From NCBI RefSeq assembly GCF_004010195.1, contig NC_057719.1, positions 38,825,733-38,873,830 of the forward strand: DNA of 48,098 bases. The letters are read 5' to 3'. Both the position numbers and the translations under genes were made by a program. The stretch is from Chiloscyllium plagiosum (taxonomy: Eukaryota). Positions 1 to 12,644 of this stretch are shown here, piece by piece; positions within the stretch are counted from its first letter, which is position 1; each line of letters opens with the position of its first letter. Below the pieces are notes generated by a model. The model was not told where the DNA came from, searched no databases, and saw only the letters and a program-made list of their open reading frames with translations.

Positions 1-204
1 TAGAAATATGCCTCCAGTGTTGTATACAAATCTTGCTTTTTAGGATTAGCAAATATGCTGCTAACCACACATGCTGGATGTCCATAGACTCACATAAAGT
101 GACAAAAATTGGCATTAGGGTCCATTTAGTTTTTTGTTCCAAATTTCCATCTTGCGTTTACTTAAAAGGAAAGGAACAAACAGTACATGGTTATCTCATA
201 TCAA

Positions 205-1530
205 TCACTGGAGCGACTCAGTTGGTGGACATCTCTTTTTGAGTCAGAAGGTTGGTCTTTCAAATTCCTGTCCAAAAATCTGTGGTCCCGATCCAGGCTA
301 ACAATCCCACTGTACTGAACAATTGCCACACTCTCAGAGGTGACAACTTATGTTTGTGAGTCCAAGCCTGCGACCAGTGGTGTATCACAAGGATTGGTGC
401 TGGGACTTTTGCTGTTTGTTATGCATGTGAATGTAGATGGTATAATTAGTTTTGCAGATAACACAAAAATTAGTGCTGTTATTGATAGTGAGGAGTATGG
501 TTCAGGCTACAATCTGATATTGATCAGCTGTTCAATTAGACAGAGCAATGGCAGATTGAATTTAATCCTGATTAGTGTGAGGTGGTTCATTTTAAGAAGT
601 CTAATAAGGGAAGGATATACATAATGAATGATAGTACATTAGGGATTACTGAGCAACAAAAGGGATCTTAATGTACAAGTTAGATTCCTGAAGGTGTTGG
701 CACAGGTAGACAAGGTGATGAAGAAGGCATACAGGATGCTTGCCTTTAGGAGCCAGGCATAGAGTGTAGGAGCTTGTTACTATGTGTAGTTCCAGCCCTC
801 ACATTGTTAGAAGGAGGTGATCACACTCAAGAGGGTGCACTTGAGATTCACCAGGATGTTACCTGGATTGTAAGACTGGCTAGGCTGGGTTTGTTTTCCT
901 TGGAACAGGGGAAGCTGAGGGGGCATGTGATTGAGGTATATAAAATTAGGAGAGCCATAGACAGCGTAGATTGTGAGAATCTTTCCCCATGGCAGATGTG
1001 TAAAAGTTTAAGGTGAGGAGTAATGGTTTAAAGGAGATCTGAGGAAAATCATTTTCACCCAGAGGATGGTAAAAATATCAAACATGCTTTCTGAGAGGCT
1101 GGTGAAGACATGTACTCTCGCAACATTTAAGAAGCATGTACATAGGCTATGGGCTAAGTGCATGTAAACGGGATTAGGGTAGTTTGGTGTTTTATGGTTA
1201 GTATAGTGGACCAAAGGGCCTGTTTCCACGCTATGTCATTCTTTAATTCTATGAGTCCATCTTTTGTCTAAAGCAAAAACATTAAGGTTCTGTATTCTTC
1301 TTGGATGGGTATACAAGATTCTCTGACAATATTTTAAAGAAGAGCAGGTGAATTCTTCCTGGTATCCTGGCCATAATGTATTCGTGTACAAACATCACTT
1401 CTGGATGTTGTTACAGATACTGGATGCATATGGGTTCCCTATTTTATAACAATGACCTCACTTCACAAAAGTGCTTCATTACTGTTAAACACTGTGAGAT
1501 AACCTGAGGTTGTCCTTGAGGTCTTTTCTT
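205..1530 (+). mobile_element. Old tRNA-headed DeuSINE (SacSINE1-like), split by a CR1 insertion (pieces ~205-340 and ~1270-1530)
   Basis: Degenerate tRNA-like head (ACTCAGTTGG...TGAGTCAGAAGGTTG...TTCAAATTCC). Deu-domain-like AAGAAGAGCAGGTGAATTCTTCCTGGTATCCTGGCC at ~1337-1372. Tail ACAATGACCTCACTTCACAAAAGTGCTTCATT...CCTGAGGTTG. Recognised from recalled consensus. Confidence 0.6.
340..1256 (+). mobile_element. CR1 LINE, 5'-truncated decayed 3' half (RT C-terminal part + 3'UTR)
   Basis: Translations GVSQGLVLGLLLF (GVPQGSVLGP motif), SFADNTKI (FADDTK) and RLGLFSLEQGKLRGHVIEVYKI. 3' end GGACCAAAGGGCCTGTTTCC...ATTCTATGA. Confidence 0.9.
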
Positions 1531-2249
1531 TAGATTGCCCTTATAATTAGGGGACTGGAGGCCATAAAGTATACAGTGATTGGAAAGGTCAGGCATCTCC
1601 TGCTAAGGGTTAGTCGCATCCTTCATTTATTATTCTTTCTTTTACATGTGTGTGTGGGAGTCGGGGAGGTGGGGGTGAGCGCTGCAGGGCGGAAGGAGGT
1701 TTTGGCCACGTTTACACTTTCTTGCAAAACTGCAAAAGAAATGTCAGAGGATTAAAGGTCAGGGCTCCTTAAAATGGACACAATGACTTTATATAATATA
1801 AGTGATGATGACAAGTAATGACAGTAGTGGAAATGCAGAAAATTACTGCTATTTATCTTTTGCTCATTCTCCCTTATAACGTTTCCTTCTGTAACTTGGC
1901 TGCTGTGCCCCTATAAAATTATTCATGATGTGTTTTTGATCTGTGTAAGCATTTGTATCTCTCTTTTTTAAAAAATTCCAATATCATGTTCAACAAATGT
2001 CCTGGTGGTGGGTGTTCGTTTGAACAATTTTACACTTTCTCAAAAGGGTTATAAGCCAAGGCTGAAGAGAAAACCCTCCTATGGAAATCACTTTTCCTTC
2101 TAATAACAGAAACTCTACACATTGCCATAAAATAAAAGCATCATATTTGTTACAAGAATTACAGGCATGGATTAAATTAATTTTGCATCCATTGTCACAA
2201 TTCCATATTTATAGATAGAAAACCCTTGCTATTTGCAATTTTTAAAAAA

Positions 2250-2405
2250 ATACTCCTGTGGGATGTGGGTGTCACTGGCTGGCCAACATTTATTGCCTGC
2301 CCCTAGTTGCCCTTGAGAAATGGGTGATGAGCTGCCTTCTCGAATCACTGCAATCTATGTTTTAAAGGTAGACCCACAATGCCATTAGGGAGGGAATTGT
2401 GATAT
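2250..2405 (-). mobile_element. 3' terminus of second LINE family (CR1/L2-group, TGAA-tailed)
   Basis: GGGATGTGGGTGTCACTGGCTGGCCAACATTTATTGCC...CTTGAGAA...AGCTGCCTTC is the reverse complement of the 3' end at 37380-37475 and also matches 47040-47345. Confidence 0.75.
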
Positions 2406-2904
2406 TAGGATTAGGGGCCTGATTAATTATGCATGTAATCAATGCCTTATATTTTGGGAAAACCCAAGAAATGTACAGCTTTGTTTCTTACTGTTATTAA
2501 TTTTCCAAGGAAGACATTTATTAGTTGCTTTCTACTGAGCCCATGCCTTGCTTGAATTAAGTAGATAGCGAAGATATTTAAAGGTTTCCTGACATGAAAC
2601 TTCTCCGAGTCCAGGCTGAAAACGTAGTGTTTGGTGTAATTGAGGCCCCTTGTAAAGATTAGGTAGATGCCCATGGATATGTCTAGATAATTATATCTTT
2701 GTTTGCTTACATGATGAGCTGGCCAAGAGTTTGTAATCTATTATGGAAACAGACTAGGATACATTATAAGGAACCCACTCCAAACCTCTTACACTTTCAT
2801 AAGTCTGGGGGAATCGAAAGACACCTTCTCCACTGTTACTATAATACATTTAAACATCTTAAATTGTCTGAAAATCTCATTCTCAAGCCTGTACATAGCT
2901 ATCA

Positions 2905-3170
2905 GAATGTAAGAAATTGACACTGGAGTAGGCCATTTGGCCCAGGAGACAGTGAGGTCTGCAGATGCTGAAGATGAGAGTTGAGAGTGTGCTGCTGGAA
3001 AAGCACAGCAGGTCAGGCAGCATCCAAGGAGCAGGAAAGTAAATGTTTCGGGACGGCGCCCTTCATCAGGCTATTTGGCCCCTCAAGCCTGTCTCCCCAT
3101 TCAATAACATGGTAGCTGATCAGATTGTGGCTTTGATAACATTTTCCTCCTTCCCCTTTACCCAATATTC
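2905..3170 (-). mobile_element. CR1 3' end fragment interrupted by a Penelope-like terminus
   Basis: GGAGTAGGCCATTTGGCCC...CTCAAGCCTGTCTCCCCATTCAATAACATGGTAGCTGATC resembles the CR1 3'UTR at 35055-35120. Confidence 0.7.
2945..3070 (-). mobile_element. Penelope-like element (PLE) terminal fragment with minimal hammerhead core
   Basis: Same sequence as the terminus of the RT-bearing PLE at 44722-45753. Minus strand reads CTGATGA-AGGG-cgccgt-CCC-GAAA-CATT. Flanked by GGCCATTTGGCCC (2931-2943) / GGCTATTTGGCCC (3069-3081). Confidence 0.8.
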
Positions 3171-3939
3171 CTTTGTTTTTGTTTTGTCTTACATTTTGTA
3201 GGACATTTCTAATCAGAAAATAACAATAAACCATTGTATGCTGCAAGTTAAAATATTTTACATTGTTAAATTTCTGTATTTGTTAATGAAATGTCTTTTC
3301 AAATAAAATAAGTTTTAGAATCTAGGATAAATATGCCATTTATTTTCCTATCCACCTTCATCTCTCTACCTGTTGGGTTTGCTGACCATCTAGTGGACTG
3401 CCTCTCCCACTGACTGATTCATTGGCTCATTGCTTCACATGTTTGTCAACTCTCCAGATCTCCTTCTCTCCCATTTGCCAACACCCTGGTTTGTTGCCTC
3501 TTCCACTCCCTGAATATTCTGCACACCATTAACGGTGCTTCCAGTACTCCATAAACCCTGCTCCCTGAGCCTCCCTCTTGCCAATCTTCTCTCTTTCACT
3601 GGTACCCTCCCTCATACTGGTGACCATCCTTCTTGCTGCAGATTCTCCTCATTGTTGAATCTCTCTGCAGGCTGTGAGCAGAAATAGGACAGCTTGAAGC
3701 AGGAGTGTACTATACATTGTATCCCATGACGATCTCATCAGTGACTTTTCAATCAGAGCAAGACTTCCTTATTTTTATGCCTTAAACAACTTTCCATTCA
3801 CCTTCCTAAATATTTGCAGAACTTGGTATTAACTTTTTATGATTCATGTACATAGAGTCTGAGGTGTCTCTGTTTTCCAGTATTCTGCAGTCTCTCTCCA
3901 CTTTAACAACATGCTATCTAGCTACCTCACATTTTCACA

Positions 3940-4272
3940 GATTTATAGAATCACAGAATCCTTACCCATGCAGAAAGAGGCCATTTGACCAATCGAGTGT
4001 GCACCAACCCTCCAAAGAGCATCCTACCGAGGCTAACCCCGTCCCCATAACTCCACATTTACCCGGGCTAACCTATCTAGTCTGCATATCCCTCGACACT
4101 ATGGGCAATTTAGCATGGCCAATCTACCTAACCTGCACATCTTTGGATAGTGGGAGAAAACTGGAGCACCCAAACAAAACCCACACAGACACGGGGAGGA
4201 TATGCAAACTCCACACAGACAGTGACCCAAGGCTGGCACTGTGAGGCAGCAGTGCTGACCACTGTGCCACCA
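3940..4272 (-). mobile_element. HE1/V-SINE-type tRNA-derived SINE (older copy)
   Basis: Reverse complement of TGGTGGCACAGTGGTCAGCACTGCTGCCTCACAG...GTGTGGAGTTTGCAT...TCCAAAGATGTGCAGG, with a GATTCT-type CR1-like tail. Confidence 0.9.
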
Positions 4273-4997
4273 TATTGTCCCACATTTCCCCATATTATAC
4301 ACTATTCTCCAAAGTTTTCCCCACTTATTTAAATGATTTAAACTCCTTTGCAGAATCTTCGAAGTCTGAAGGCATATTTTCCACTATTAACTCCCCAATG
4401 ATTATGTATGATAGGACTGCAGATACATTTGTGGTAAACTGTAGAGGACACAGAGTAATTTAAGGCTCCCACTAAGGGGATAAATTCCCTTAGTGTGTAT
4501 AAAGGGTGTAATATGAGGGCAAATGCGACATAAGTCAATATTTTTTGATCAATCTGTTCAGCAATGTTTTTACACACCTCTGGAGCAGGTGAGACTTTAA
4601 ACCAGGTCTCCAGTGTGCCATGAAATGCCCTCAACAACGTTTTTGCCACTTAATGGAAAAACAGAGAGAAAGGTATTTGAAAATTGAATAGGAGTAAATG
4701 AGAAACACTGTGTTAGACAGCTGCATTCAGTAATGATGTATACCTCCATGTAAATAAAGAGCTTCTATTATTACAGAGAATAAGAGAGCCTTATTCTATG
4801 CTAAGGACAAATTAGACATACAAGGAACTCAAAATTAATGGCAGCTTAGTAAGATAGTACAGCTTCCAATAGCACACCTACATACCTAATGCCCTGGAGT
4901 ACGAAGAGGGTATAGAATCCATGAAGGGGCAAACAGTATATGAGAGTCTGTGGGGAAAAGGACAATTTTAACTGTAGCAGTCTAAGGCATGGTTACC

Positions 4998-5350
4998 ATA
5001 GAGTTAGAATCATAGAATCCCTACAGGATGGAGGCAGGGCATTCAGCAAATCAAATCCACGGTGACTTTGTGAAGAGTATCCCATCAAGACCCACCCCCT
5101 TACCCTATCCACATAATCCCACATTTCCCATGGGCAACTCACCTAACCTGCACACCCATGTTCACTATTGGCAATTTAGAATGCCCTATGTTCACTATTG
5201 GCAATTTAGAATGCACATCTTTGGACTATGGGTGAAACCAGAGCATCTGGAGGAAATCCATGCAGACATGGGGAGAATGTGCAAAGGTGGAATCAAACCT
5301 GGGTTCCTGGCACTGTGAGGCAGCAGTGCTGACCACTGAGCCACAATGCC
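4998..5350 (-). mobile_element. HE1/V-SINE-type SINE (older copy, internal 28-bp tandem duplication)
   Basis: Head TGTGGCTCAGTGGTCAGCACTGCTGCC with B box GGTTTGATTCC on the minus strand. ATGTTCACTATTGGCAATTTAGAATGC occurs twice at ~5158-5214. Confidence 0.88.
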
Positions 5351-6448
5351 ATATTCTCTCAAAACACATTTTAAAACAACAAATTCATATTAGTACCATC
5401 TTAAATCTGAGTTAATGCTTTCATTTAACATAATTAATAAAGCCATTGGGATAAAGGATCACCTTAGTAGAAGCAAGATGAAGGATCTCCTAGTGGTCCA
5501 TAAGGAGAGTATGGAGAAGCAAATGATTCCTGGAATAGAAAAGGGTTTTTTTTTTCAAATTGATTTGCTGGCTAAATACATGCATTGTGACATTTTTGTT
5601 TTCCTGTTACCTAGCTCCCAAATTTTGGTTGAGTTAATATTATTGTGCAATATTGTGATCTTATCTGTAAAATTTGATGTTGAACAAATCATTTATGAAC
5701 AATTTCAAACTACCTGCAGTGAACATTAAAGGTTATAATTAACCATTGTTCTGGGAACATTTTATAAGAATTACTATCTGATGGTTCCACAAACCAGAGC
5801 TATTGTATAAATAATTAATTCAGCAGAGCCAAGTGTATCATTTAATAAGATGACCATAGTCTTTTCTGTATTATTGTTAAAATATTTAGTCATTAATATG
5901 ACTAAGACTCACTGCTATATTACTATCATCTGTGTTACTCAGACATTAATCCTATCAGCTACTGCTGCTTATTACAAATTATCATGCAACCAAACTGTTA
6001 CAAAAACAATAGGCTAATTTGCACAGCTATCTTTAGTAACAATACACTGACAGCATAAGAAAGTCAATTGAAAAATGTTTATCGTGGAAACATAGGTTAC
6101 TGTTTCCATCATTTGGTAAGTGGAAAATGCTCATTAAATAGGATCATTCAGTCAAATATTTGGCTCAGGTGATAAATTTATATACATTAGCCACTGTCTT
6201 ATTTTATTTGTAATACTGCATTTGGTATTATTCATTTTAAATTCTAGAAGGAATAGGTGGGATGAATCGTCTGTGTTTATCTCATTTGCAGCAATAAGGA
6301 GAACCCTAGCATTAGTCTCCTGACATATGTAAATAAAGTATATACAAATGTATCTAATGCCATATTTTTAGATCACGTCTTGAATTTTAACAGGACTAAG
6401 CAGACCATGTGCATGATCCACAAGGTGAACAGAGCAGACCTATTTCGA

Positions 6449-7430
6449 GGGCTGAATTATTCCAGTCTCCTGATTATGAAACACTGAACCTATGATTGAG
6501 GATTCACAAAAGGACCCTGAGGAAGTACTGATCTGTGGACCCACGAGGGAATTGCTTGGGAAATTTAAACCTTCAACTGGAAATCCCCCTACTCCCTGGA
6601 ATCCTCTGCAAATGTCAAGATTTGACTCAAAAACTTGGCAAAATTATGTGGTACCTACTGCATAGTCACCCAGGAAATTGTTGTACATATTAAAGACTGG
6701 TCTATCACTTTGGTGACTTCACAACTGATTTTCCTGATCCCAATAAGACCCCCAGCTTTCTCTCTGACTATCCAACTACATCACCTAACCCTTGTCCCTT
6801 GCAACCAGACGAACCAACTAACCAACTGACTACTCCCCCGTCTGACTTGGCTCCTCACTTATCACCTCAAATTCTTTCCCAACCAGAGTCTATTGCATTT
6901 CCTGACATCTGACTACTTACTAGACACAAAATTATTACCACCTGTACAACTAAACATCTCTCTAGTCATATCTAAATACCTCCCCCTCCAAACAGATTGA
7001 TACACTCAACTCCTGACTGCCTGACTAGATCCCTCACTGCACTCTACTACATCGAACCTTGACCAGATCCCTACTTCCTCCAGATCAGACCCACCCTGAA
7101 TAACTGTCTGACCACTAAACTACTCACAGTCCAGATCAGATCTGATTATTTCCATCCCTGGCCAACTTCTTCAAACACCTGATTATCAACAACCCAACCC
7201 CACCCAATCCAACTATTACCCGGCAAGCTGACTGCCATCCAGGTCAAGCTGACTACACCTAACCATACCCAAATATGCCCGACCTGACCCAACTAATTCC
7301 ACCAAGCAGACCCAATGCTCCTTGACCAACTACGTCTATGATCCAACTGAACTACTGACTGCATACATGAAGCCACCCGCAATCAGACCCAACTACCCTG
7401 TATCACTACTACCACTAAAACCATAAATCA
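6449..7430. repeat. Ancient dispersed repeat with C/A-rich degenerate interior (copy 1 of a family also at ~14100-14967 and 20512-22001, which are in the opposite orientation)
   Basis: 6540-6740 (ATAGTCACCCAGGAAA...TTAAAGACTGGTCTA...CAACTGA) matches the reverse complement of 14770-14930 and 21170-21240. Begins GGGCTGAATT, like the reverse complement of AATCCAGCCCC at ~21990-22000. Confidence 0.5.
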
Positions 7431-7560
7431 TCATAAAATATAACACCATACGTAGACCATGGGACACACAAAAGTTCAAGAATAAAGTTAGGCAGGCTAA
7501 GAAACTGGTCAGACAAGCTCAAAGAGACAAAATTAGGATCGGTGGAAATATAAAGAGAGT

Positions 7561-7746
7561 AGGATAGATTTTCAGTTTGCTGTCCAAGTTTTAGACAGGC
7601 ATTGAAGATCAGCTTCCCAATATAGAAAATGCTTTATTTCATTTGCATTAAAATCAATGGAAATGAAAATGATCTTGTTTCCATAACAAGCAGCTGGCCT
7701 ACAGGATCAAATTTACACCTGTACAGCAAATTGAAAAAAGTCCCCA
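7561..7746. mobile_element. Short palindromic MITE-like element
   Basis: Imperfect terminal inverted repeats GATAGATTTTCAGTTTGCTGTCCAAGT / ACCTGTACAGCAAATTGAAAAAAGTC. Central hairpin TTTCATTTGCATT...AATGGAAATGAAA. Confidence 0.6.
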
Positions 7747-7971
7747 ATATTAAATATTTTTAATAAATAAATCTAAGACACTTGAGGGAACAGGTGTCTC
7801 TGAGTCCAAGAGGAAATTATGTTGAATGATTTGGAAAGGTAGCTATTGCCTTTGTTTAATTGAGAAACCCTCAGATGATTTCCTACTGTTCGGACATTAT
7901 GATGGAGGGAAGGTCACTGATGAAGCAGCTGAAGATAGTTGGTCTGAAGACATTGTTCTTTGAACATAAGG

Positions 7972-8085
7972 TTTTTGTGGTGCCGCGGTAGTCCCCATAC
8001 CTTTGAGCTAGGAGAATTGAGTTCAAGTCCCACCTATTCCAGAGATGTGCAGAATCATTCCTGACCAGGTTGATTAGAAATATAT
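7972..8085 (+). mobile_element. Short tRNA-derived SINE (related minus-strand copies at ~4545-4630 and 33735-33845)
   Basis: A-box-like TGGTGCCGCGG and B box AGTTCAAGTCC, then CCAGAGATGTG...CAGGTTGATTAGAAA, which is shared with the other copies. Confidence 0.65.
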
Positions 8086-8482
8086 ATATTTTTTGAACAT
8101 ATCTGGTTGTTCTTGTGTCCAGTATTGCTTGTAGCTCACATGGAATCAGTGAGATAGCTCCTTGTTGATTTTCTCACCCCACCTGCTGGAGATACATCAA
8201 AAAACTGGTACAAGCTCAATGGAATATTGTTCCTCATCTACTTCACCTTTTTATTGTGCTAGTAGTTATGGGAAAGTTGTGGTACAGTGGTAATGTCACT
8301 GGAGGAGTAATTCAGAACCCTAGGTGAATGTACTGGGACCAGAGGATCAAACAGACAAACAATCATGACAGACTGTGAAATGAAGAGATTTTGAAAGACA
8401 GTTAGCCAGATGACAAATCCAATCACTATTGACTGTTTCAAAAATCTTTCTTGCTCACTAATTTCTTTTCAGAAAAGGAAAG

Positions 8483-8717
8483 TGCAGTGATTGTAAGAAG
8501 GTCAGCCAACTGGACATTATAGAATATGAATTACATGATAGGGGCTGTTAACCTGAACCAATCAGGGAGCCCTGACTGACAGACGAAAAGAGCAGTATCA
8601 GAGATACTGTGATTCTGAGTGCTGACTCTGAAGAGGCAGCACAAATGTCAAGAACTATTCATGTGTAAGTAACTGATGACTTGGTGATGGGATACAGGCC
8701 ATCTGTGGATTACTTAA
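8483..8717 (+). repeat. 5' LTR of Gypsy element
   Basis: Starts TG. Shares CCAATCAGGGAGCCCTG, GCTGACTCTGAAGAGGCAG and TGACTTGGTGA with 13483-13715. Confidence 0.88.
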
Positions 8718-8769
8718 ATTAAGCCTGAAGAACGGCTGTCTTTCAGTTGTGGTAAGCATTTCTTACGTC

Positions 8770-10110
8770 ATGCCTTTGTTTGGGAAGCTTGACTCACTCA
8801 AACCTGCCATTAAGGATTGGGCCTATCAGATGGACCAATGGGCAGATGGAGTTTAATTTAAATAAATGTGAGGTGCAGCATTTTGGAAAGACAAATCAGG
8901 GCAGGACTTATACACATAATGGTAAGGTCCTGGGGAGTGTTGCTGAACACTCTGCTTGGAGAGCAGATTCATAGTTCCTTGAAAGTGGTATCATAGGTAA
9001 TCAGGATAGTGAAGATGGTGTTCAGTATGCTTGCTTTTATTGGGCAATGCATCGAGTACAGGAGTTGAGAGGTCATGTTGCAGCTGTACAAGACATTAGT
9101 GAGACCACTTTTGGAATACTGCATGCAATTCTGGTCTCTCTCCTATAGGAAGGATGTTGTGAAACTTGAAAAGATTTACAAGCATGTTGCCAGGGTTGGA
9201 GGGTTTGAGCTATAGGAAGGGGCAGAATAAGCTGGGGCTATTTTCTCTGGAGTGTTGGAGGCTGAGGGATGACCTTATAGAGGTTTATAAAATCATGAGG
9301 GGTATAGTTAGAGTAAATAGGTATGGCCTTTTCACTGAAGTGGGGGAGTCCAAAACTAGAGGGCATAGATTTAAGGTGAGAGGGTAAAGATATAAAAGGA
9401 ACCTGAGGGTGGTGCATGTATTGAATAGGCTGGCAGAGGAAGTGGTGGAGGCTGGTACAATTACAACATTTAAAAGCCATTTGGATAGGTATATGAATAG
9501 GAAGGGTATAGTGGGATATATGCTCAAATGCTACCAAATGGGACTAGATTTATTTAGAATATCTGATTGGCATGGACGAGTTGGACCGAAAGGTCGGTTT
9601 CCATGCTGTATATCTCTGTGACTCTGTGACTGCAGTATGTCAAAAGAATGCATTATTATCCAGGCAAACAACATTGTGGCAGAGGAAAAGCAATGAGTAA
9701 TTCTCCTGACAGCCTGTGGAACCACAGCTTTTTCTGTTATTAGAAATCTAACTTCACCTCAAGCACCAGATACTAAAACCTTCCAAGAATTGATGGACAT
9801 GCTTAAGAAATATTACAATTCCAAGCCTCCACTAATTCTGAGACACTATTGTTATTACCTGGCAATTCGAGAACCAAGGGAATCTGTATTGGGATTTTTG
9901 ACTGGGTTAAGATGACTGTCAGAAACCTGTGACTTTGGTTTATCCCTTAATGAGCTGCTTAGGGACTGTTTGGTATGTGGGATTAATGATGTAAATATTC
10001 CAAAATGCCAACTAGCAGAAGCCCAGCTGAACTTCAAACAAATGCTACAACTGGATTTATCATTGGAAAATGCAGTCAGTGGAGCTATGAGTTGCACGGT
10101 ATTCGATAGA
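8770..10110 (+). pseudogene. Gypsy gag remnant, interrupted by CR1
   Basis: MPLFGKLDS..KDWA|QYVKRM..QANNI..VILLTACG..VIRNLTSPQAPDTKTFQELMDML..RESV..SETCDFG..LLRDCLVCGIND, with stops and frameshifts. Confidence 0.8.
8825..9631 (+). mobile_element. CR1 LINE 3' fragment inserted in gag
   Basis: QMEFNLNKCEVQHFG and KLGLFSLECWRLRDDLIEVYKIMRG. Tail CTCTGTGACTCTGTGACT. Confidence 0.92.
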
Positions 10111-11473
10111 AATGGACACCCTTGCCAGTCTGACTGAGCTTGGGGAACACCATTTCAGTGAAGGTAATTGCATAGCCTCAGTCAGGACATATCCTGAACA
10201 GAGGGACTCTAGGTCAACCCATAGCAAAACCCCAAAACAATGCCAAGCCTCAGCCAAATGGTTAAAAGTTTCTTCAGGATCCTGGCTGGCAAGGATGGTA
10301 TGTGGACTTGAGACACCTAAAGTGTCCTACGAGACCTGAACTGAGTATGATAACTTGTAGGCTGGTATCCAGGAGGGTATCCAAGAGAGTTCATACCCTG
10401 CAAAGTCCGCCTAAATCCGGTTTGGAACAGTTAAATTGCTCAGCAACATCAAAACCAGAACCAATCAAAACAGATATCTGTTCAAATGGTCATTTGGTTC
10501 TAACGGAAGTCAGTACCAGTGTAGCGGTATCAGTGATTGCAGAACCAGTTCTTTAACAAAATTTGCTCTGGACTCTAGCTCTTAAGTTTGTGCAAGGGCT
10601 TGGCCAGGCTGCAAACCCAAAATGCGGGGAGGGGGGTGCCTTTACAAATTAAGAGCGCAACTTCGGATGAAAAGCCGCTGCTCAGTTACCAGTGATTGTT
10701 GTGAAAGGCTCCAACCCAAGTTTGATGGGCAAAACCGATGGAGAGAGATTCACCTAGATTGATACAACATTCCTCAATTTTAAAATGGCTGCCTGAGTGA
10801 AATCCTAATAAAATACCCAGAGGTCTTCCAGGAATGTCTGGAGACTATCAGAGAAGCCAAGGCTACCTTGCATGTTGACCAGGGAGCAATTCCACAATTC
10901 TGCAAGGCCCACTCAGTGCCTTTTGCTGTATGGGCAGTAGTAGCAGCAGAAATCAGAAAGCTGGAAAGTGAAGGAATCATCAAACCAGTCCAATCTGTGG
11001 AATGGGCAGCAGCAGGGGTCCTGATTTTGAAGCCAGATTTTAAACAGATGGTAAATCGACTTTCCCAGGTGGATAAATACCTAATCTCTCAGATAGAGGA
11101 TTCATGCACAAATATTCAGGCGGGGGGGGAGTGCTATCCTTCACAAAGCTGGACGTGATCAATGCATTTAGACGAGGATTCCCATTGGTATGCTACAATT
11201 CAAACCCATAGAGGCTTCTACCAAAGTACTAGACTGTCATCTGGGGTATTGTCAGCCTGGGGTACTTCAGCGGACAATGAACAAAGTTTGCAAGGTCTAC
11301 CTCAATTTGCCATTAACCTAGATGACATTCTAATAATAGGAAAAATGAATAAGCAACTTAGAGAACTTGAATATAGTCCTAAGGCATTTTCCCAAGGTAG
11401 TCATATGCCTAAGAAGGGAAAATTGTGTGTTCCAGGTGCCCTAGAGAACTGCTTGGGCTACAGAGCTGACAAG

Positions 11474-12003
11474 GTGAAAGTGAGGACTGCAGATGCTGGA
11501 GACCAGAATCAAGATTGTGGCGCTGGAAAAGTACAGCAGGTCAGGCAGCATCTGAGGAGTGGGAGAATCGACTTTTTGGGCAAAAGCCTATTCTCAATTT
11601 ATAAATGGCTGCCTGAGTGAAATCCTAATAAAATACCCAGAGGTCTTCCAGGAAGATCTGGGGACTATCAGAGAAGCCAAGGCCAACTTACATGTTGACC
11701 AGGGAGTCTAGCTTTGTGAAGGACAGCACCCCCGCCACTCCTGAATATTTGTGCATGAATCCTCTATCTGAGAGATTAGATACTTATCCACCTGGAAAAA
11801 TCGATTTACCATCTGTTTAAATTTGGCTTCAAAATCGGGACCCCTGATGCTGCCTATTCCACAGATTGGACTGGTTTGATGATTCCTTCACTTTCCAGCT
11901 TTTTGCAACCCTTCCTGATGAGGGGCTTTTGCCCAAAATATTGATTCTTCTGCTCCTCGGATGCTGCCTAACCTGCTGTGCTTTTCCAGCAACACACTCT
12001 CGA
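11474..12003. mobile_element. Inverted pair of PLE termini enclosing two captured copies of nearby DNA
   Basis: Arms ~11476-11590 (-) and 11911-12003 (+). 11591-11706 copies 10771-10886 directly and 11707-11905 copies 10954-11153 inverted. TSD CTACAGAGCTGACAAG (11458-11473) / CTACAGAGTTGACAAG (12004-12019). Confidence 0.85.
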
Positions 12004-12644
12004 CTACAGAGTTGACAAGACTAGTTTATACCAGAGAAAGTAAGGGTGATCAATGCTGCTTCAGTCTCATGTCTGTTGAGGAGCTTAGGTCATTTCTAGG
12101 GATGGTAAATTATTATGGAATGTTCATACATAATCTGGCCTCCATCCCGGCATCTTGGCATCGAATTCTCAAAAAGGGTCAACCCGGGAAATGGTCACAT
12201 AAACAAGCCATAGCTTTCAATGAAATAATCATCCTCTAAGGTATCGGCATACCATGATCCCAAGAAAGATCTAGCATTGACAGGCAATGTCTCCTCATAT
12301 GGCATTGAGGTGGCATTGTTTCACAGATGGCCCAATGGAAAGGAACGGTCAATAGCATACGTATAACAGGACTTGAGCTCTTGCAGAGCGTGAATATGCC
12401 CAGATAGAAAAAGAAGGATTTGCAATCCTATTCGGAGTCAGGAAGTTCCACTAATACCCTTATGGATGAAGATTTGTGATAATAACAGACACAAACCTAC
12501 TTGGCCTGCTTAAACAGGACAAGGCAGTGCCACCCATAGCTTCGGGCCATTTTCGGCAGTGGGCTCTAATATTAAGTGTGTATAATTACAAATTAGAACA
12601 CCAACCGCGAGGCTGAGTAGTGAAATTGGACATGTGGGACATGT

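Noticed and set aside
5158..5214. 28-bp tandem repeat
   Set aside because: Ordinary local duplication inside a decayed SINE.
33..8441. Short 60-130 aa ORFs in AT-rich or SINE sequence
   Set aside because: Chance ORFs or recurrent SINE/LINE translations (e.g. CGRKPEHPEETH) without host-gene features.
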